Shown: piece after piece, positions 1-11,594 of the stretch
Layout of the letters: each line of letters opens with the position of its first letter
How positions within the stretch are numbered: position 1 is the stretch's first letter
Made by a program: the position numbers and the translations under genes
Source: Felis catus
Lineage: Eukaryota
Direction: 5' to 3'
NCBI RefSeq assembly: GCF_018350175.1
Contig: NC_058383.1
Coordinates: forward strand, 28,956,001 to 29,020,000
Length of the DNA stretch: 64,000 nt
The notes under the pieces: generated by a model
What the model saw: only the letters and a program-made list of their open reading frames with translations
Database searches by the model: none
Told to the model about the DNA's origin: nothing

Positions 1-267
1 ATGCGGGTGGAGTCAACGTTGACCGAGTGTACGTCCTGTGCCTAGCCCTTCTGGGTGCTTTCTGTGGGAGTTGTCACTCAGGCTTCCCGGGAGCCCTGCC
101 AAGTGGGTATGCCCCTGGTTTTCCAGGAGGATTTGGCTCCGAAAGCTTAGGCAAGATCACACAACCAAGAAGTAGCAGAGCAGGTACCCCAGAAAAAGCT
201 CTAGATGGTTCCCGGGCACCTACCTACTGCTTATCAGAATGGATCCTCAGATGAAGGGGTATGCAAA

Positions 268-273
268 TATATA

Positions 274-308
<35 letters not shown>

Positions 309-614
309 ATATATATATAGTACATATATATACATGTATATATATACACATATAGTACATATATATACATATATATGTATATATAGTATATATATATATA
401 TACTATATATATAGCATATATACTATATATATACTATATACTATATATATACACTATATATTATATACTATATATATACTATATACTATATATATATACT
501 ATATATAGTATATAGTATGTAGTGTATATAGTATATATATAGTATATAGTGTATATATACTATATATATATATACACACTATAGTATATATATATACTAT
601 ATATATACACTACA

Positions 615-664
<50 letters not shown>

Positions 665-681
665 TATAGTGTATATATATA
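268..681. repeat. (TA)n-rich low-complexity tract, ~410 bp, continuous with the tail of the adjacent SINE
   Basis: Nearly pure TA dinucleotides with interspersed TAC/GTA/CA variant units. Confidence 0.95.
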
Positions 682-845
682 AAATGTTTTGGGGGAGAGA
701 CACAGAGAGGCAGAGAGAGCCTCAAGCAGGCTGCACACCCCAGTGTGGACCCTGATGTGAGGTCGATCTCACGAACTGTGAGATCATGACCTGAGCCGAG
801 ATCAAGAGTCGGACGCTTCACCGACTGAGCCGCCCAAGGCTCCCC
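682..845 (-). mobile_element. CAN-SINE (tRNA-derived carnivore SINE)
   Basis: Reverse complement of the SINE head (gagatcatgacctgagccgagatcaagagtcggacgct...ctgagccgcccaaggctcccc) and a GA-rich body. Confidence 0.9.
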
Positions 846-1131
846 AAGGCGGTGTAATATTGATGCGGAAGAGAAGCCAAAAGGTCGCACGGACTTTGAA
901 CTTTGCATCTGAAAACGCTTCCCTGGCCACTTCGATTTCCTTTTCTGTAAAATGGGTTGGACGCCACCTCCCTCCAGAAGCTGCCATGACGGAGATCACG
1001 CGGTGACTTGTCCCGTGTTGCATAGATGCGACGTATGACGCTTCCCGCCTCCAGCGTCGTTGGCTTCCCTAGTGCCTGTTCTCGAGTCTCTGCCACCGCC
1101 TGCTCTAACTCAGTCTCCCCGCTTCTTCCAG

Positions 1132-1274
1132 GACCCGCGGAGAACGAATGCCAAGAAATCTTGTGCAGGTGCGACCAGGAGATCGCTAACTGCTTAGCCC
1201 AGACTGAGTACAACCTAAAGTACTTACTGTACCCGCGTTTCTTGTGTGAGACAGACTCGCCCAGGTGTGACTGA
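1132..1274 (+). CDS. PLA2G10: Group X secreted phospholipase A2, last coding exon (upstream exons lie outside the window)
   Basis: Branch-like CTAAC 1105-1109, pyrimidine tract and CAG acceptor ending 1131. Translation (G)PAENECQEILCRCDQEIANCLAQTEYNLKYLLYPRFLCETDSPRCD* carries the sPLA2 CxCDxxxxxC motif and the group X C-terminal extension. The gene is the expected neighbour of BFAR. Confidence 0.95.
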
Positions 1275-1308
1275 CCAGCCTGACGTGTAATGTTCTTTTA
1301 CACGAGGA

Positions 1309-1314
1309 AATAAA
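1309..1314 (+). terminator. PLA2G10: PLA2G10 polyadenylation signal AATAAA
   Basis: AATAAA 35 nt after the TGA stop, followed by a T/C-rich stretch. Confidence 0.8.
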
Positions 1315-2275
1315 ACTCTTTTTCACTCATCAGCAGCTGCCTTCAGTTCTTGGCAGGAGGGAACGGAGGCCGAGTGTGAAGGCTGCAACCCTTGTTTGCT
1401 TTCTCTCCCGGAACTTGGGCCGGAGCCTGTGTGGTTTCCAGTTGAAGGTCAAAAGTCCCATGCTTATTTTATACAAACCACAACCGTGCTTGTGGCTGTA
1501 TTGGGTTTGGTGCCATGTTTGAGGCTCGCCCTTTATATGAAAAGGGCTGAACTCGGTCTTCTAACCTGCTCCTGATGGCGGGTGGTCAAACGTGAAGGAA
1601 CACCCACCGTGTGCCTGGCCTGGCTCTGGGTTTCCGGTCGAGGCCGTAAACAAGGTGCTCGCTCTTGGGAAGATCTAGTCTAGGAGTTAGGAGCTTAAGA
1701 AAGAATATTCTTTCCCATCCCTCTCTGCCTAATGGTTGAACTTCCTGATTACAGAAGTGGTATATAGTCAGTGTTTACAAAGATAAAGGAAAACAAAGAC
1801 AAATATAAAGGAGGGGAGAAAAATCACTTCCACGATCCAGAAAAACCACTTGTGGCATTTCTGTGTGCTGTCATTGTTTTCTGTAATGTTCAAAAATGCA
1901 GTTGAGACCATCACATGGGATTTTTCTAAGTTTTTCCCCAGGTCATTAAAAAACCTTTGATAACTTCATTTTTAAAAACGTTTTATTTATGAGAGAGAGA
2001 GAGAGAGAATCCGAAGCAGGCTCCAGGCTCCAAGCTGTCAGCACAGAGCCCGACGCAGAGCTCGGACCCACAAACTGTGAGATCATGACCTGAGCCAAAG
2101 TCGGACGCTCCATCGACTCGAGTCACCTAGGCACCCCCAGAATTTCATTTGAAATGGTTACCTACTGTTTTATAGGTGCCGACTTTGGGGTACTGGTGAT
2201 ATTTCCAGTTTTGATCGATTGTTGATGTGATGAGGATGCTTGTGAATCTTTGCCACACCCCACCACCCATGTTTT

Positions 2276-2490
2276 TTTTTTTTTTTCAACGTTTTATTTA
2301 TTTTTGGGACAGAGAGAGACAGAGCATGAACGGGGGAGGGGCAGAGAGAGAGGGAGACACAGAATCGGAAACAGGCTCCAGGCTCTGAGCCATCAGCCCA
2401 GAGCCTGACGCGGGGCTCGAACTCACGGACTGCGAGATCGTGACCTGGCTGAAGTCGGACGCTTAACCAACTGCGCCACCCAGGCGCCCC
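2276..2490 (-). mobile_element. Young SINEC_Fc-like CAN-SINE with a perfect 16-bp TSD
   Basis: TSD CCACCACCCATGTTTT at 2260-2275 and 2491-2506; CpG-rich intact body and poly-T tail. Confidence 0.95.
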
Positions 2491-2524
2491 CCACCACCCA
2501 TGTTTTGATTGTTCCTTAACCCAG

Positions 2525-2990
2525 AGTAGGGGCCGAGGGCAGGCGGCCCCAGCACGGGAAACTCTGGCCTGACGATTATTTTGAGCTGAAGCAACAGAGA
2601 CCCTGCAGGCTCAACAAGAAACCCCTGCCCCTCCCTTAACTACCTCGAAGCATCTAAATTGGGGTCTGTCCTAGAATAAGGGTTATTACCAGAGATAAAT
2701 TTTATCTGAATGGCCCATCTGTATGGCAGGGCAAACATCTCATTACCAGACATCAACTCTTCTTGCCCCGTGAAAGGCATGCCTTCCCTTTCAAGTCCCA
2801 CACCCCTACCCCCTTCTCCTTAGCTCAGGATGGACATAAAGGCCTCGTTTTGCCCGTCTTTGGAATATCCATGCCCGTGTGGCTCCCCTGTATGTACCAG
2901 GTTAAATTTGATTCTCTGTCTCCTATGAATCTGATTCTTACTCGACCTGGAAGGACCCTGAATGGGATCAGGAATTCTTGCTCCCTGACA
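2525..2990 (+). mobile_element. Solo ERV1-class LTR, MER34-like
   Basis: Starts (a)GTAGGGG, contains GATTATTTTGAGCTG (recalled MER34-family motif), ends CTCCCTGACA; flanked by CCAG/GCAG, a 4-bp TSD with 1 mismatch. Family call is from memory. Confidence 0.65.
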
Positions 2991-3655
2991 GCAGATTTGC
3001 AGAAGTGGAGTGTTTGCATCAAAGGGTCTGAATGTTTTTGACCAACGCCTCCTTCTGATGTACCCAACCCGCTATGATCGAGCGGGTCTGAGGGAGGAGG
3101 CGGCCAGTGGCCCTTGCCCTGACTGTACCCGTCTCTGCTCTGGCAATAAGAAGCCAGAGTCTGGCCCAGTCCGCTTGCTCTAGGCCAGTCTTTGCCCCTC
3201 CTCCTTCGCAGGGCATATGTGGCTATTACACACTCATCTTTGGAGCAGGATGTGGGAAGCAGGTGGGGACAGCGTGAGGCCACAGGGTGCAGGTGGGGGC
3301 ACTGGACCGGCAGCGTGGCCTGGGCCCAGCTCCACCAATGCCAGCCAGCCTCCACGTGCTCATCTGGACAGCAGAACGGTGGCTCAGCCAGGCACCAGAC
3401 CAGCGATGTCAAATACTGTGCGGTGTCTCCAGACCTGTCGCTGTCCATGAAACACGCAAAGTCAGGCAGCCCTGGGGCCTGACGAGCAAACGCAGGAGGT
3501 AAAAAACACTGTCCCTCCTTTCACTTAAGACACCTTGGGGTGGCTCCCTGGTTCCATGTTCACAGCAGGCTGGGGGATTTAAGCGTGACTAGTAGGTTGG
3601 TCAGGCAATGCAGATTTTCTGCACAGTTTCTAAGCAATTTTTTCTCTATATAGAA

Positions 3656-4012
3656 TTAAAAAGATTTTTTTTTTAAGTTTACTTATTTTGAGAGGGGGCG
3701 GGGGAGAAAGAGACAGAGAGTGAGAGGGAATCCCAAGTAGGCTCCACTCTGTCAGCCCACGTGGGGCTCAAACTCGAACCGTGGGATCATGACCTGAGCT
3801 GAAGTCGGATGCTTAGCCGACCGAGGCACCCAGGCGCCCCTAAAACATTTTTTAATGTTTATTTGGGGCGGGGGGCAGAGAGAATCCCAAGCAGGCTCCC
3901 TGCTATCAGTGCAGAGCCCCACGCGGGGCTTGAATTCACAACCTACGAGATCACGACCTGAGCCAAAATCAAGAGTCGGACGCTCAACCAACTTGAGCCA
4001 CCCAGGCGCCCC
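3656..4012 (-). mobile_element. Two tandem/nested CAN-SINEs immediately downstream of the BFAR poly(A) signal
   Basis: Two SINE heads ending ccaggcgcccc (3840 and 4012); outer TSD TATAGAA at 3649-3655 and 4013-4019. Confidence 0.9.
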
Positions 4013-4039
4013 TATAGAACTTTTATCTATATAAAAATC

Positions 4040-4045
4040 TTTATT
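4040..4045 (-). terminator. BFAR: Probable BFAR polyadenylation signal AATAAA
   Basis: TTTATT on the + strand, ~1.1 kb downstream of the BFAR stop, at the end of unique UTR-like sequence. Confidence 0.6.
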
Positions 4046-5133
4046 TTACTTTCAAGTGATTTCTTCAAACTTTCAGATGCAAAGTTTGAGTGAAATCTTC
4101 AAAGCAAAGGAGTAACGAGTGGTTCACAGAGTCACAAAACTTACCTCTGGGGCCAATCTTCAGATGGCTCAAATTCACACCTGATGTCTTCATACCAGAA
4201 AGAAATAAGGGCCCTGCCTCATCTTATTCATATTTACAACTACAGCACTTGGTGTAATTATACCTTGCTGTTTTATACATCAGAACAGGACAATAAGAGA
4301 ATACAGTGTGAGGTCAAAGTACAAAATGTTTCCTTGAACATAAGGGCTCTCCTGGATTTTACAGATTAAATTCCTGAAAACCAACCATATAAACCCCCGC
4401 ACAGTAATTTTAAGTGGCACTGAGGCAGCAGGCCTGATGAGAATGACCCTCCATTACTGCCTGACTTCGTCCTCGACACCCCCCTGGGAGTTAGGGATCC
4501 AAAGTTGCAGTGATTAAATGCAGAGAACACTGACGACAGTCTCGAACCCTTTTAGAGGCTTCCATCTGAAAAACCTACCACCTCTTTAATAATACAGAAT
4601 CGTCCATCGGATTTGGGCTTTTCCTCCGTACTTTTTACGCGCAACTGTCTGTGCCTACGACAAAATCTTTTCCCGTTTTCCTAAATTTGATTCAGAGGAC
4701 AGGCCTGGCCCCAGCAAGCCTGGTCTCAGGCTCAGCCTTGTGCTGCCAACTCGCCCTGGGAGCCTCTGTCCGTCACTGAGGTCAGGGCAAGCGGGACTGC
4801 TGACCCAGCAGCCTTCTGAAGTCGCCAGACTGCATCCTCTGGGGACCCCGAGTCCCTGACAGCCCCGGTGGACGGGGCCTCCCAAGTCCCTGTGAGGAGG
4901 GCGGCTGGGGGAGAGGTGCTGTCGCTGTGTCAGCCAAGCTCTGGGATGTCAGTCCCCGCTGCCACGATGCCGCAGGCAGAGGGACAGAGGACCTGGTTGT
5001 AGCCTCTGACAAAGCAGCACCTTGTTCGCGGGGCGGAGAAACAGGAAGTCCACTCCCCCCGCCCCCTACTCGAGCATCGGTGCGCACATGTCGAGGAGGC
5101 TGGAAGAATCCTTCACAGCCTGGGCACTGCCAG

Positions 5134-5326
5134 TCACAACACCTGGGTTTCCAGCCGTCGGACTTCCTTGACCACAAGATCGATATTAATAATTGGGTTG
5201 AAGTACAGGGCCCAGTAAAATAGACAGTTGCAGACAAACTGAGGAATGAGGGGCCAGAACATGGCCACAAAAAGCCCCTGCGTCGATACTTTCCAAAAAT
5301 GGCTCCACATCCTCTGAGGCACAGTC
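5134..5326 (-). CDS. BFAR: BFAR last coding exon (exon 8): TVPQRMWSHFWKVSTQGLFVAMFWPLIPQFVCNCLFYWALYFNPIINIDLVVKEVRRLETQVL*
   Basis: Acceptor tttttacag|G at 5327/5326; 193 nt; cumulative CDS 1353 nt = 450 aa + stop; hydrophobic C-terminal segment. Confidence 0.96.
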
Positions 5327-6049
5327 CTGTAAAAAGAAGAGAAGCCTCTGAGAGGTGGACTCGTGACGGGGTCCTCGTGACGACGCCCAAGTGCTCGGAC
5401 GCCGGGCCTTTATCCTGATGCACAGCCTGGCTGCCTGTGCTGCGCCGACCTTGCTCCCTCTCCCCTGGGGCCTAAGACGCACCTCTGCCTGACCGACCCA
5501 TCTTCCACCCCCAGGAGGCAGCCCCACACCAGGTGAGGGCCCCCCAGCACAGCCCCACCTGCTTCATCGCTGTGTCGCACTTGTAAGTATCTCACAGACA
5601 CGGTTTCTCTGCGAGGCTGTAGGCCGTCAGGGTCCAGACTGTCTTCTCTTTTTGTTTTTTGTTTTAATGTTTATTTATGTTTGAGAGAGAGAAAGAGCAC
5701 AAGCGGAGGAGGAGCAGAGAGAGAGGGAGACACAGGATCCGAAGCAGGCTCTGGGCTCTGAGCTGTCCGCACAGAGTCTGACACGGGGCTCAAAACCATG
5801 AGCCGTGAGACCATGACCTGAGCTGAAGTCAGACGCTTAACTGTCTGAGCCACCTAGGTGCCCCCAGACTGTCTTCTTTACCAAAACATCTGCAGTGCCC
5901 AGCAGAGAGCCCGGGACAGAGCGGGGGCTCAACTAACTGTGCATGAATGAACCAATAGGAGATTCTCGTCAGGTTTTTGGAACTGTTTATAGGGCTGTTA
6001 CTGACTGACGAGGCCAAGAACTCTGAGTCATGGGATGTTTAAGGCCGGT

Positions 6050-6830
6050 GCGATGCTGGTGTGGGGCTGTGTTACTTCTACCTGTCTAGAAGCCACCCCC
6101 TTTCTTCTGGAAATGCCTTCTGAGTTTTCCTTCTGGGGGCCTCCTTCCTCATTCTTTGCCATGTGGTCTTGGTGGGGCTGATGAAGCCAGCCCTTGGTTG
6201 GGGGGTGAGAACAGGTCCTGAGCCTGGATAAGGAGAGCCTGGCATGACTCTGCACCATGTGGTAGGTCTGGGTGGGCATGTGACCCAGGCTGGGCCAATC
6301 AGAGCAAAGGAGCATGTGCCCCCCCCCCCCCCCCCCGCCCGACTGTCAGTGCTATGGGGAAAGAAGTGCCCTCTCTCCACCAGGGTTGCTAAGCTGCTCA
6401 GATGTATGCCTGGAGTGACCAAGGGCCCCGCATGAAGTCAGCTGAGGCTGAACAACAACACAGCAAAGAGAGGGAGAGGGTGAGTCCTGATGACAGCATT
6501 TGGGTCTCTGGATCCAGCCATGTGGGAAGCCTTGACTGGGCATTTCTCTTTTTAAGAAAAGCCAATTTAGGGGCACCTGGGTGGCTCAGTCCGTTAAGCG
6601 TCTGATTCTTGGTTTCGGCTCAGGTCCTGACCTCACAGTTCGTGAGTTCAAGCCCCGCATCAGGGTCCAGGCTGACAGTGTGGAGCCTGCTTGGGATTCT
6701 CTCTCTCCCTCTCTGCCCCTCCCCTGCTTGTTCTTTCTGTTTCTCAAAAATAAAGAAATAAACTTAAAAAAAAAAAAAAAAAGGAAGGAAAGCCAACCAA
6801 GAGGCACTTGCAACCAAGAGTCCCGGCCCA
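6050..6830 (+). mobile_element. MLT1/MaLR-like LTR relic, interrupted by a CAN-SINE at ~6570-6783
   Basis: Motifs catgtgacccaggctgggccaatcagag, gagtcctgatgacagcattt, ctggatccagccatg and cacttgcaaccaagag resemble old MLT1 LTRs; boundaries approximate. Confidence 0.55.
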
Positions 6831-7266
6831 ACTCTCTCGTTTTATGCATTAATCTAGAGAAGTTATTAGTGTCCCGGCTGACGGCACAGCAGGATTAGAA
6901 CTCATGCCTACAGAATTCCTCACCAGATCTCCTTCTGCTCTACCCTACTGCCCCTTTCCATAAAGCACCCTCTTCTCCTCACTTACGTATTCCTTCATCA
7001 AACCCTTCATGCACACCCCCACCCCCGGGAATGACATGGTATGTTCTTACACGGGGAGAAGATAAATGGAGACACACTTGTCCAAACCCCGCCCCCCGCC
7101 TCCAGACACGAGGAAATTTTCCCATCTGCTGCTTAAGCCACATCTACAAATCAGAGCAAGGGGTGTTTTCACGTCTGCGTAATCAAGAGGACTCTTCTAC
7201 TACCTGGGACTGCTTTCTCAGAAGTGCCTGCTGCTCCTGCCACCTCCAGTGTAAACACACACTTAC

Positions 7267-7469
7267 TTCAGTTCACTTCGTGACCAGATCCTCCAAAAGG
7301 AGAATAATTCCAGAACCGAGAGCAACATGGCATTGACGATGAGAAAACGTGATGTCCAGTAATGGACCTCCAGCCAGTCCCAAGCAAATTCAGCAATCAG
7401 CTGGTATGGAAGGAAGGAGTATTTGACAAGGAATTCTCTCCATTGCTTCCAGGTGGGCTCTCTTAGATC
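7267..7469 (-). CDS. BFAR: BFAR exon 7: DLREPTWKQWREFLVKYSFLPYQLIAEFAWDWLEVHYWTSRFLIVNAMLLSVLELFSFWRIWSRSELK
   Basis: Acceptor ttctaaag|GAT, donor AA|gtaagt; 203 nt; phase matches exon 8. Confidence 0.96.
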
Positions 7470-9406
7470 CTTTAGAATAACATAAAAGTAAGCAAAAGGT
7501 GGACACAAAAAATCATTAGGATTGACTCTCACGGATTATAGTGTAGTCATCACGGTGAACTTTACATTTACTAAAACACACAGATATCCAACAACATAAC
7601 ACGAAATTTTCCACCCATCGACTCACCTTTTAAGAATCTTATACTGGATAAATGTTACTGAGGAAGCTGAACAGAGATGCTGGTTATGGAATTGTGGAAG
7701 CTCAGAAGTAAAAGTAAAAAAACTCCGAAGCCTGAGTTATAAATAATGTGGGTGCAGGGGTGCCAGGGTGGCTCAGTCAGTGGAGCATCCGACTTCAGCT
7801 CAGGTCACGATCTCATGGTTCTTGAGTTCGAATCCTGCGTCGGGCTCTGTGCTGACAGCTCGGAGCCTGAAGCCTGCTTCTGATTCTGTGTCTCCCTCTC
7901 TCTGCCCCTCCCCCACTCGCACTTCTGTCTCTGTCTCTCTCAAAAGTAAATAAACATTAAAAAATAAAATAAAATAAAATAAATAATGACGTTGCAATGA
8001 ATGGAAATTAACCAGTTTTAAAATTTCTTCATCACTGCATGGGTAGCTCAAACGATTTCCTAAATTCAACATCTTTGCTGTGGTAGGATAACAGATCATG
8101 GGAAAATTAAACATACACTTTGAGAAAGTAATTTTGCGGAAAATAAAAAACTCACTACAATTAGCAGATAATAAACCAGAGCATTTAAACAACTCATCGA
8201 GGCATCCAGAAGGCTTATGGAAGTGTAGCAGGACTGTGCACTATGGAGCAGATACTAAGTATCCCAGGAAGAAAGTGAGCCTCATGAGCACAGGGGTTGT
8301 TGAGGCTTGTGAAAACGGAAAGGTAACAGGTGGGGTCTCTGTTCTCCCAGTCCAGAGAGGCAGGTAATAGCAGGAAACTGGGTAATTAGACAAACACTGT
8401 GCCTAAGGGCTAATTAGCAGGCTTTCAACTACATCCAAGGCTCAAGTCAGGCAGATACCTGACTTTAGTATTTTAAAAAGAGTTTTTGGAGATTTAGAAA
8501 TTCGTAGTTTTTTTTTTTTTTTAAGTTTATTTATTTGAGAGAAAACGTGGTGTGTGCACGTGTGAGCTGGGGAGGGGCAAAAAGAGGGGGAGAGAGAGAA
8601 TTCCAAGCAGGCTCCATGTGGTCAGTGCAGAGCCCGACACGGGGCTTGGTCTCATGAACCGCCAAGATCGCGACCTGAGCTGAAATGAAGAGTTGGATGC
8701 GTGACCGAGGGAGCCACCCAGGCACCCCTAGAAATTATTTTAACATTTATGGGTGTGGATCATACACGATGATTCCTACATCCATGTGACTTTTAATTTA
8801 AATAGATCAGAGGGACTGCCCTAAGAGCAGCAATGCAAAGGACAGTACCCTGCAATGACCAAGCAGACACAGAGACAGCCCTGTGTAAGTGGGATCCACC
8901 AACAATTCTGAAGACACAAAAGCCAACGTGGGTACCGATCTCTGCCAGGGGCCTATGGTCAGCTGAGGTGACCACTCCCATCAGTGAGCTGGACAATGGC
9001 TTACTTTTCTGAGGCCCCCAGGATGGATGCTAACCCTCCCTTGCAGTGGGACAAATGATCATCCTTCGGGGATCCTCTTCGAGACAGACCACCAAGCTGG
9101 AAGGTCCATAAATTTAACCCTCAGGCAATCTGAACCTATTCTATCTTCTTTTATAACAAAAGCGATGCCGGTTTTTCCCCCCGTAAATATTTCAAGTCCA
9201 GAGGGTAGCCTTCTTGTTACGCAATGCAGGAAATAAAACAGGCTTCTGGGAGTGGGGAAGTTCTGCTTGATTTTCTTTTGGAGGGGCTCTCCTTGCAAAA
9301 AACAAATGAAGGCTGGGCGTCGTTGGCTCTTCTGTGACAGCTACAGCCCCGTCTCCAATTCCATACCGCACCGAGGAGTGCCATTCAAGGCACTGTGCAG
9401 ACCTAC

Positions 9407-9580
9407 CAGAAGCTTGGTGATGATGTCCTCCCCAGAATTGTCTTCCTGCAGGGGGCAGATGGTGTGGATGAAGGGCAGGAAGGTGTCTGTGTAGTCAAAT
9501 AGGTAGAGGTATAGCAGACCAAGTCTCGGGGAGCTCTTGAGGGCATACAGCAGGAACAGGGACCTGCCTGGGTTCACCGC
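9407..9580 (-). CDS. BFAR: BFAR exon 6: AVNPGRSLFLLYALKSSPRLGLLYLYLFDYTDTFLPFIHTICPLQEDNSGEDIITKLL
   Basis: Acceptor tgcag|GCG, donor CTG|gtaggt; 174 nt, phase 0-0. Confidence 0.96.
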
Positions 9581-10779
9581 CTGCAGAGGACAAGGCGAGC
9601 GTGGGGTCACATCACAACCACGGCAGCCAGCTCCCCACCCATGCTCCCTCCACAGTCTCACGCCCTTTGCCTTCAGCTTTTCTGTGTGTGGTTTGCACAG
9701 TGAATGAATGGATGAATGAATGGGTGGCAAGAAGAGGCCAAGGAATCAATCTGTCGGGCTCTATTTAATAAAGACCCAATCCTTCTCCATGGCTTTGGTG
9801 TGTGCGTGTGGGGGAGGTAGGGGGGTGCTGAGACATACACTCCCAGGCGCTGCTAGTAAAACCCAACTTTTTTGGAAAACAATTTTGTAAAATGTATCAA
9901 AGAGTCTTCAAAATGTTCAATTTAACCAATGTATTAGTGGGCACCGCTTAAAAGGAAATCAGAAATACAGAAGGCTTTATGCACAAAACGTTTCGTGCTA
10001 CACTGTAAGAGAGAAAAAGTGAAATCTGAGAGCTAAGTAATGAAGTTACAGTGGATGTTCAGCACAGAGTTCACGCAGCCCATTGAAAAGTGAATACGGG
10101 CATTTTTGGATGATGCTCTTGTTACAGTGTTAGGTGAAAAAAGGATTCCAAGACATGTGGCAATCCGATCTCTGCGGTGTCAGCCCCACACAAACCAGGC
10201 CTCTTTCGTGACCCTTCCTAGAGCAGCACCTGGCTCACAACAGATATAAAGATTTGTGGAATGAATACATAAACAAAAGCACAATTCAACTACGCACAAA
10301 AAAATTGTCTAAGAAGAAGACAGAGCAAAATGCAACGTTAGCCGTGTCTGGCTCTCAGGTGGGATTATGGGCCATTTATTTTCATTTTCATCACTTTGGT
10401 TAATTTTGCTACAAAGAACGTGTATTTATGTTTTTCCTGATTGTAAAAGTAACTTTAGACGATCCTGTTTACTTGGTGCTACTAAGCATCAAATAAAACG
10501 GCCAAAAGATATGAATGGCCACTTCACCAAGGAAGATACAATAAAATAAGCACATAACAAGATGCTCAAGAGAAAGAGAAAACGGAACCAGTTTTCCACA
10601 CTAGCACCGCGTACTTTATTTGATGGGGAGGGGTGGGGAGCAGGGCTCACAGAGGGAGGTGTGAGGCACAGAGGGAGGTGCCTTTGGGGACAGATGAGTA
10701 TGTTCGTTAGCTTGACTGTGGTGATGATTTCACAGGTGTGTGCAATATGTCCAAACTTACCAAATTGCTGAATGCAGAA

Positions 10780-11180
10780 AGATGATGTGGTGTATATACA
10801 CACCATGGAATATTACTCAGCCATAAAAAAGAATTAGATTTTGCCATTTGCAACAATATGATGGACCTCCAGGGTATTATGTTAAGTGAAATTAAGTCAC
10901 ACAGAGAAAGACAAATACCAATGATCTCACTCATATGCGGAATTTAAGAAACAAAACAAACAAACGAAGAAAAAAAGAGACAAAAACCCCAGACTCCTAA
11001 CTGCAGAGAACAAACTAATGGTGACCAGAAGCGGGGGGTGGGGGGGGTGTGTGTGTGAAGCAGGATGGGGATTAAAGAGTACACTTATCTTGATGAGTCC
11101 CGAGTAATGCACAGAATCGGTGAATCATGATCACTGAAGCTAACATAACAATGTACTTTATACTGGAATTTAAAGAGACT
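10780..11180 (+). mobile_element. L1 3' end fragment
   Basis: Typical L1 3' sequence (atggaatattactcagccataaaaaagaat...ttatgttaagtgaaat...atgatctcactcatatg). Confidence 0.8.
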
Positions 11181-11594
11181 TATCAAATTATACATTTGAA
11201 ACATGTGTATGTTAACTGCAGCTCAATGAAACTGTTAAAACACATTCAACTTATTTGATGCTATTAATGGCTTACTGTTAAATGTTAAGAAAAGAGTCCT
11301 TCTCTTCAGAGATTCACACTCAAGTATTTTAGGGTGAAATAATATGAAGCTTGGCTATGCTTTAATATAACCCCATGCATTGCGGGTGTGTGGGGTGTGT
11401 AAGACTAGTCAATACTCACTGAAGCTGGACAGGTGTATACTCTTCTATTTCTGCATGCACCTGAAATTCTATAGCAAAAAGGTTTTTTAAAAAGGCCCAA
11501 CCTATGAAATGGCTGATTTCAGGTCTGGGATAGAAAAGGTACAAGAATAACTTGAACATCCTGTCACATAAGGAAAGAAAGTATCTGGATAGCA

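Noticed and set aside
2825..3448. 207-aa minus-strand ORF
   Set aside because: It runs into the LTR, has no recognisable domain, and sits in GC-rich sequence with several overlapping chance ORFs.
4782..5423. 213-aa ORF overlapping the last BFAR exon in another frame
   Set aside because: It starts in the intron, is low-complexity and GC-rich, and has no recognisable homology; the canonical frame explains the exon.
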